From Rickettsiales bacterium (GTDB lineage Bacteria > Pseudomonadota > Alphaproteobacteria > Rs-D84), in contig JAIRZE010000046.1 of NCBI GenBank assembly GCA_031267375.1, positions 1 to 10,325 of the forward strand: a stretch of 10,325 nucleotides of DNA, written 5' to 3'. Shown one piece after another: positions 5,792 through 10,325 of this stretch; positions within the stretch are counted from its first letter, which is position 1; every line of letters begins with the position of its first letter. The notes below the pieces were generated by a model, which worked only from the letters and a program-made list of their open reading frames with translations, had not been told where the DNA came from and did not search any database. The position numbers and the translations under genes were made by a program.

Positions 5792-7114
5792 ATGAAAAAA
5801 ATACTGCACGCTGGGCTTGCCTTTTGCCTTTTGCCTTTTGCCTTATCAGCATCCGACTGCAACACCCGGACGACAATTCCGGAATACCAGATGTCTTTGC
5901 AGGCCGTCGTGGAAATGGGGCTCTGCCGGAATCCCACAACCGCCGCCGCATACCTATCCGCGGAATCCGCGCGTCTTAACAAAAACGCCGGATACGCGCC
6001 CTATCTGCCCAGCATCAATGCGAATGCCGGACTGTCCAAGCCATATAAAAACAAAGAGCTTGGGGATAATTATTACAGCGCCGGATTATCCGCATCCTGG
6101 CTGATTTTTGATTTCGGAAAACGATTGGCTGACTTGAATAATTTATCGGCTGTTTGGCGCGCGACAGGGTTTGACTATGACGAATCGGTCCAGAATTATG
6201 TTTACGGCGTCATTGGCTCTTATTACGGCCTGCTTACTGCGGACGCGGATGTCCGGGCGGCGGCAGATTTGCAAAAAACAGCCCAGACCGCAAAAGACAC
6301 CGCGGATAAAAAGTTCAAGGCGGGCGCCGTGGCAAAGGCCGATGTGTTAAAGGCCGAAACCACACTGGCCCAAAGAAAATTGGAATCCGAGCGGGCCGGC
6401 AATAACCGCGAAATTGCAAAGGCAAAATTACTGGCCCAGCTTTCCTTTTCCCCCGAACAAAATATACAAATCAGCGATATGCCGTCTGAATTCGGCGCGG
6501 CGGCAGAAAACAAAAGCATAGACGATTTAATCGCGGATGCGAAAAAAAATCGTCCGGATCTGCTGCGTGCGGGCGCTAATTCTGACGCAGCCTGGCATCG
6601 GCGCAACGCGGCATTCTTGAAAAATTTGCCGTCTATATCTGCAACCGGAAATGTCGGCTGGGGCGGGGAAAACTTGTCCGATACATACAATATCAGCGGA
6701 AATAAACTGGACGGCAGCATAGGCGTTCGCGCCAGTATGCCAATCTTTGCCGGCTTTGCGAATCTGTACGGATTGCGCGCGGCCGAGGCGAATTATGACC
6801 GCACGAAAGAGTTAGAACGCAATGCCAGCGACAATGCCGGGTACGATGTTTTTTCCGCGTATCAAAACTATAAAACCGCACAGAAAGTTCTGGAACAGAC
6901 AGATGTACTGTTAAAATCCGCCACGGAATCAGAGCGCGTAACGGCCGGAATGTATAATGTCGGGCGCGCCAGTATGCTGGATTGGCAAACGGCTCAGTCG
7001 GAACTGGCGTCTGCAACGCGCCAAAGCAATTCCGCGAAATACGACCTGTTCGTAAAGCGCGCCGGTCTGGCGTTGGCCGTCGGCGATATTAAATCGGAAC
7101 TGAAAGGAAAATAA
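5792..7114 (+). CDS. TolC/OprM-family outer membrane efflux protein (outer membrane factor)
   Basis: The 440-aa ORF has an N-terminal signal peptide, MKKILHAGLAFCLLPFALSA. The OEP-type opening is SLQAVVEMGLCRNPTTAAAYLSAESARLNKNAGYAPYLPSINANAG. The protein has a two-repeat helical architecture and sits in the same cluster as macA/macB. Confidence 0.85.
   Translation: MKKILHAGLAFCLLPFALSASDCNTRTTIPEYQMSLQAVVEMGLCRNPTTAAAYLSAESARLNKNAGYAPYLPSINANAGLSKPYKNKELGDNYYSAGLSASWLIFDFGKRLADLNNLSAVWRATGFDYDESVQNYVYGVIGSYYGLLTADADVRAAADLQKTAQTAKDTADKKFKAGAVAKADVLKAETTLAQRKLESERAGNNREIAKAKLLAQLSFSPEQNIQISDMPSEFGAAAENKSIDDLIADAKKNRPDLLRAGANSDAAWHRRNAAFLKNLPSISATGNVGWGGENLSDTYNISGNKLDGSIGVRASMPIFAGFANLYGLRAAEANYDRTKELERNASDNAGYDVFSAYQNYKTAQKVLEQTDVLLKSATESERVTAGMYNVGRASMLDWQTAQSELASATRQSNSAKYDLFVKRAGLALAVGDIKSELKGK
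5818..5845 (+). repeat. 7-bp tandem repeat (TGCCTTT x3 plus TGCCTTA) inside the signal-peptide codons
   Basis: Direct reading gives units at 5818, 5825, 5832 and 5839. They encode AFCLLPFAL. Confidence 0.9.
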
Positions 7115-7115
7115 T

Positions 7116-7187
7116 GGACAAATGGACAAATGGACAAATGGACAGTAAACAGGCGAAATGTCCATTTGTCCATCTGACCCTTTGTCC
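7116..7187 (+). repeat. GGACA-unit palindromic intergenic element, copy 3 (best preserved)
   Basis: GGACAAAT x3 plus GGACA spans 7116-7144, followed by a 14-nt loop. The inverted units are TGTCC 7159, TGTCC 7167, TGACC 7175 and TGTCC 7183. The arms pair at 26 of 29 positions, with 15 bp contiguous. An extra GGACA at 7200-7204 sits in the ldh SD position. Confidence 0.9.
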
Positions 7188-7209
7188 TTATCAGATTAAG
7201 GACAAAAAA

Positions 7210-8124
7210 ATGAAGATTGGAATCATAGGGCTTGGCTCGGTCGGCAGTGCGATTGCAACGGCGGTTCACAATACCGGGATTGTCCGCCAGATGGTTTTGT
7301 TTGACCGGGACGAACTTCGCGCGCGCGCTGCGGCCGAAGACCTGGGGCACGCCGGAACTTTCAATTTTAATACGGAAATCCGCAGCGGCGGCTATCGCGA
7401 GCTGCGCGGAAGCGATATTGTAATCATCGCGGCCGGCGCAAATCAAAAGCCCGGACAGACCAGGACTGATTTGTTGCAGGCCAATGCCGCCGTAATCCGC
7501 GACATTATTCCCCAGGTTATGAAGAACGCCGATGTTGCGAAACTTGTTTTGATAATCGTTACAAACCCGCTGGATCCTATGGTTATGCTGGCGTCGGAAT
7601 TATCCGGACTGCCCGCCGGCCGCGTTATCGGTACGGGGACTATGCTGGATTCCGCGCGCCTGCGGGTTATCTTGGCACGGCAGTTCGGGGTTTCTCCGGC
7701 ATCGGTAAATGCTTTTGTACTGGGCGAACACGGCGACAGCAGCGTTCTGAATTGGACAAGCGCATCTGTCGGAGGCCTGCCGCTGGACGATTTCGCAAAA
7801 CAGACGAAAAATACATTAACAGCGGCCGCGCGCAAGACCATAGAGCACCGCGTGCACAATGCCGCGTATGAAATTATACAAGGGCGCGGCGCAACTTGGG
7901 ATGGAATCGGCGCAGCGGCCGCGGATCTGGTCCGGTGCATTGCGAATGACGAGCGACGCATTCTGACAGTCTCGTGCTTGGATCGCGGCGCGGCGGTATC
8001 ATTGCCGCGAATCGTCGGTATAAAGGGGGCAACCGCAGGCCTGAATCCGAAAATGAATGCAAGCGAGTCGGCCGCTTTGAAAAAAAGCATAGCCATTGTG
8101 AAAAAGAATTTTTCAAATTTATAA
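7210..8124 (+). CDS. ldh: L-lactate dehydrogenase
   Basis: I chose the start MKIGIIGLGSVGSA (GxGxxG) at 7210; the track ORF start at 7114 reads through the repeat element. The sequence has GANQKPGQTRTDLL (Gln at the LDH/MDH discriminating position and the catalytic Arg), TMLDSARLR (Asp/Arg) and LGEHGDS (catalytic His). Confidence 0.85.
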   Translation: MKIGIIGLGSVGSAIATAVHNTGIVRQMVLFDRDELRARAAAEDLGHAGTFNFNTEIRSGGYRELRGSDIVIIAAGANQKPGQTRTDLLQANAAVIRDIIPQVMKNADVAKLVLIIVTNPLDPMVMLASELSGLPAGRVIGTGTMLDSARLRVILARQFGVSPASVNAFVLGEHGDSSVLNWTSASVGGLPLDDFAKQTKNTLTAAARKTIEHRVHNAAYEIIQGRGATWDGIGAAAADLVRCIANDERRILTVSCLDRGAAVSLPRIVGIKGATAGLNPKMNASESAALKKSIAIVKKNFSNL

Positions 8125-8145
8125 GAAAACGCGCAGGAGAGAGAA

Positions 8146-9411
8146 ATGAAAAAAACAAAAGAAAAAAAGCCGAATAAAATCGCCGGCTTTGCAAAAAAAG
8201 TTTGGGCGAAAATCAGGAAGCGAAAATGGCTGTGGATTGCCGCGGCCGTGGTCTTGGGGATAATAATCGCTTTTTCCGGGAGCTCTAAAAAATCAGCATC
8301 CGGCGAATACGCAACGGTTGTTATCACGCGCGGAAACTTAAAGCAGGTTGTGACCGCCACCGGCGAGATAAAGCCGCTGAACACTATCAAGGTCGGAAGC
8401 CAGGTTTCCGGCAATATTGAAAAAATATTCGTAGACTTTAACGACACCGTGAAAAAAGGCGACATATTGCTGACTATTGACCCGTCGGTCTTGCAGGCCT
8501 CTGCGGACGAGGCCAAGGCGTCCCTGGACAGCGCCGAATCCCAGCGCAATTTTGACAAGTCCGAATACAACCGCAGCAAGACCCTGTTTGACGACGGCTT
8601 CATCGCCCGCGCAGAGATGGAGCAGGCAAAGACAAAATTTGAAACATCCGAGCAATCGGTAAAACGCGCAAAATCGCAGTACGAGCGGGCGCTGACCAAT
8701 CTGGGCTATGCAACAATCGCATCCCCTGTGGACGGCACCGTAATTTCGCGCAAAGTGGACAAGGGCCAGACCGTCCAGGCGTCTTTTTCCGCGCCAGACT
8801 TGTTTGAAATTGCCGAAGACCTTTCCAAAATGAAAATAGAAACATCGGTTTCCGAGGCTGATATAGGCATCATCAAAAACGGACAGTCGGTCAGTTTTAC
8901 CGTGGACGCCTATCCGACGCAGACTTTTAATGGCGCGGTAAAGCAGATCCGCCTGTCGCCGACCACGACCAGCAATGTTGTGGTCTATACGGTTGTGATA
9001 GATGTGGATAATTCCGACTTGCGCCTGATGCCCGGAATGACGGCATTTGTAACCATTACGGTGGAAGAAAAATCGGATGTATGGAAAGCTGCGAACTCTG
9101 CATTTCTGGTGCGCGATTTCAAGGCGACTTTCTCGGATAACGCCGGCGTGCAAAATGGCGATATTACGCCAAAAACATATCTGGCCATTCAAAAAGCGGA
9201 CGGCAAAAAGATAGATTTTGTGTCTTATAAAAAAGGCCTTATCACGGCGACAGAAACAGAAATCATCGCGGACGGGTTGGAAAAAGGCGACAAAATTATA
9301 ACAGGGAAGATAGGCGCGGCCGCGGCCAAAGCAGGCACCGGCGGCCAGCAATTCGGATCGCGCAGCGGCGGCGGGGCGCCCGGCGGGGGAATGGGCGGCG
9401 GACCAAGATAA
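8146..9411 (+). CDS. macA: Efflux transporter periplasmic adaptor subunit (HlyD/MacA family)
   Basis: The 421-aa ORF has an N-terminal anchor, WLWIAAAVVLGIIIAF. The lipoyl-like halves are GEIKPLNTIKVGSQVSGNIEKIFVDFNDTVKKGDILLTID and IASPVDGTVISRKVDKGQTV, flanking a coiled-coil hairpin. The C-terminal tail is Gly-rich, and macB lies downstream. Confidence 0.85.
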   Translation: MKKTKEKKPNKIAGFAKKVWAKIRKRKWLWIAAAVVLGIIIAFSGSSKKSASGEYATVVITRGNLKQVVTATGEIKPLNTIKVGSQVSGNIEKIFVDFNDTVKKGDILLTIDPSVLQASADEAKASLDSAESQRNFDKSEYNRSKTLFDDGFIARAEMEQAKTKFETSEQSVKRAKSQYERALTNLGYATIASPVDGTVISRKVDKGQTVQASFSAPDLFEIAEDLSKMKIETSVSEADIGIIKNGQSVSFTVDAYPTQTFNGAVKQIRLSPTTTSNVVVYTVVIDVDNSDLRLMPGMTAFVTITVEEKSDVWKAANSAFLVRDFKATFSDNAGVQNGDITPKTYLAIQKADGKKIDFVSYKKGLITATETEIIADGLEKGDKIITGKIGAAAAKAGTGGQQFGSRSGGGAPGGGMGGGPR

Positions 9412-9421
9412 GAGATAAAAA

Positions 9422-10024
9422 GTGAACGAGCCTATTGTAAAAGAAAATCTTATTCATAAAATCCGCGGAACCCAGGTTATGTTGGACAGCGACCTTGCGC
9501 GCTTGTACGGCATACCTGTAAAAGTATTGAATCAAGCGGTTAAACGCAATTCTGACAGATTTCCCGCCGACTTTATGTTTCAACTGACATTGGGCGAGGC
9601 AAGAGCGCTGAATACCGGGATTTTTGATATAGAAATCGCAGAAAACCGCACTGTTCCGCGTTTGAGGTCACAAATTGTGACCTCAAACCGTGGAGGGCGC
9701 AGAAATCAGCCATTTGTATTTACCGAACACGGCGTTTTAATGCTGTCATCTGTCCTGAAATCGCAACAAGCTATTGAAATGAACATTGCTATTATGCGAA
9801 TGTTTGTAAAAATGCGCGATTTTATATCTATTTCCAAACTGGATCAGAAAATAGATAATTTGCAAAAAATTCTTGATTTGCACATAGATAAAACAGAACT
9901 GGAATTATACCAACATACAAACGCGATAAACGACTTGGTTGACGCATTGAATAAGCTGCGCGAATTGCCGGCGTCGGCGCCAAGACGGCGCATTGGTTTC
10001 AGAACAGGAAATGATGATGATTAA
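9422..10024 (+). CDS. ORF6N-domain (KilA-N-related) DNA-binding protein with C-terminal coiled coil
   Basis: IRGTQVMLDSDLARLYGIPVKVLNQAVKRNSDRFPADFMFQL ... LRSQIVTSNRGGRRNQPFVFTEHGVLMLSSVLKSQQAIEMNIAIMRMFVKMR matches the ORF6N family pattern as I recall it. The start is GTG at 9422, and the only later ATG would truncate the domain. AAGAGA lies upstream. Confidence 0.8.
   Translation: MNEPIVKENLIHKIRGTQVMLDSDLARLYGIPVKVLNQAVKRNSDRFPADFMFQLTLGEARALNTGIFDIEIAENRTVPRLRSQIVTSNRGGRRNQPFVFTEHGVLMLSSVLKSQQAIEMNIAIMRMFVKMRDFISISKLDQKIDNLQKILDLHIDKTELELYQHTNAINDLVDALNKLRELPASAPRRRIGFRTGNDDD
9660..9688. repeat. Perfect 29-nt palindrome inside the ORF6N CDS
   Basis: GTTTGAGGTCACAA-A-TTGTGACCTCAAAC has 14-bp arms with zero mismatches and a single central base. 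I checked it base by base. It encodes LRSQIVTSN. Confidence 0.95.
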
Positions 10025-10325
10025 AAATTCAAAACCGATAATCTCTTTCCGCAATATTTGCAAAAGCTTTCCCTTGGAAATCGGGGGCAGCCAGCAGGTC
10101 TTGTTTGACCTGAACTTTGACATATCTGCCGGCGAATTCGTATCCATTATGGGGCCGTCAGGCTCTGGAAAATCCACCTGTATGAATATAATCGGCGCGC
10201 TGGACACCCCGACACACGGCGATTACGAGCTTTACGGGCGCAACATAACCCACTTGACGGATGACGAGCTGGCCGTACAACGCAATGAAAACATAGGTTT
10301 TGTTTTCCAGAACTTTAATCTGCTG
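10011..10325 (+). CDS. macB: MacB/LolD-type ABC transporter ATP-binding domain (partial, continues off window)
   Basis: Hand translation is MMMIKNSKPIISFRNICKSFPLEIGGSQQVLFDLNFDISAGEFVSIMGPSGSGKSTCMNIIGALDTPTHGDYELYGRNITHLTDDELAVQRNENIGFVFQNFNLL. It has Walker A GPSGSGKST and the Q-loop FQNFNLL. The start is ambiguous among ATGs at 10011, 10014 and 10017, and it overlaps the ORF6N stop. Confidence 0.9.
   Translation, partial: MMMIKNSKPIISFRNICKSFPLEIGGSQQVLFDLNFDISAGEFVSIMGPSGSGKSTCMNIIGALDTPTHGDYELYGRNITHLTDDELAVQRNENIGFVFQNFNLL

Noticed and set aside
5619-5800. tRNA-Cys as an integration site of a genomic island
   Set aside because: There is no integrase, no duplicated tRNA 3-prime segment elsewhere in the window, and the flanking genes (recF, sspB, efflux cluster) are ordinary chromosomal genes.
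1892-7187. CRISPR interpretation of the periodic GGACA arrays
   Set aside because: The units are 5 nt on an 8-bp period with 3-nt near-constant spacers arranged as inverted halves. There are no 25-40 nt repeats, no unique spacers and no cas genes.
7114-7209. N-terminal 32 codons of the 336-aa track ORF (MDKWTNGQMDSKQAKCPFVHLTLCPYQIKDKK) ahead of Ldh
   Set aside because: This is a translation of the GGACA repeat element. The Rossmann-fold N-terminus MKIGIIGLGSVG starts at 7210 and has an SD-like AAGGA.
7443-8699. 418-aa minus-strand ORF
   Set aside because: It is antisense to ldh and macA and spans their intergenic gap. It has a low-complexity Ser/Ala/Phe-rich composition and no recognisable motifs, so it is a shadow ORF of the plus-strand genes.
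8338-9351. 337-aa minus-strand ORF
   Set aside because: It lies entirely antisense to the well-supported macA CDS, is Arg/Gly-rich and has no domain signature.
9905-10207. 100-aa minus-strand ORF (…DFPEPDGPIMDTNSP…)
   Set aside because: This is the typical antisense shadow of an ABC-transporter Walker A region (macB), and it overlaps two supported plus-strand CDSs.

Overview
This window is a bacterial chromosomal segment of intact, mostly housekeeping genes. On the minus strand lie xseB (partial) and mreB. On the plus strand lie rnpA-yidD and accB-accC. Back on the minus strand lie sspB and recF (4-nt ATGA overlap) downstream of tRNA-Cys(GCA). A plus-strand efflux cluster follows: TolC-like outer membrane factor, ldh, macA, an ORF6N-domain gene, and macB (partial). 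I cannot support a novel multi-gene system. There is no integrase or transposase, no CRISPR, and no recognisable defence, toxin or secretion cassette other than MacAB-TolC. The unexplained content is mostly non-coding. (i) Three intergenic elements (1892-1982, 2516-2591, 7116-7187) are built from GGACA pentamers on an 8-bp period, roughly four forward units, a loop, then four inverted units. Each sits directly after a stop codon between co-oriented genes. (ii) The same 4+4 architecture with an unrelated 7-nt unit (ATNAGCA) straddles the rnpA stop and yidD start. (iii) A 139-nt spacer between tRNA-Cys and recF is packed with five short hairpins, four of them with GAA/AAA triloops. (iv) A 7-bp tandem repeat lies in the signal-peptide codons of the TolC-like gene. 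(v) An AT-rich ORF6N gene is wedged between macA and macB and carries a perfect 29-nt palindrome. All functional readings of these are inference. I could run no database or folding computations.
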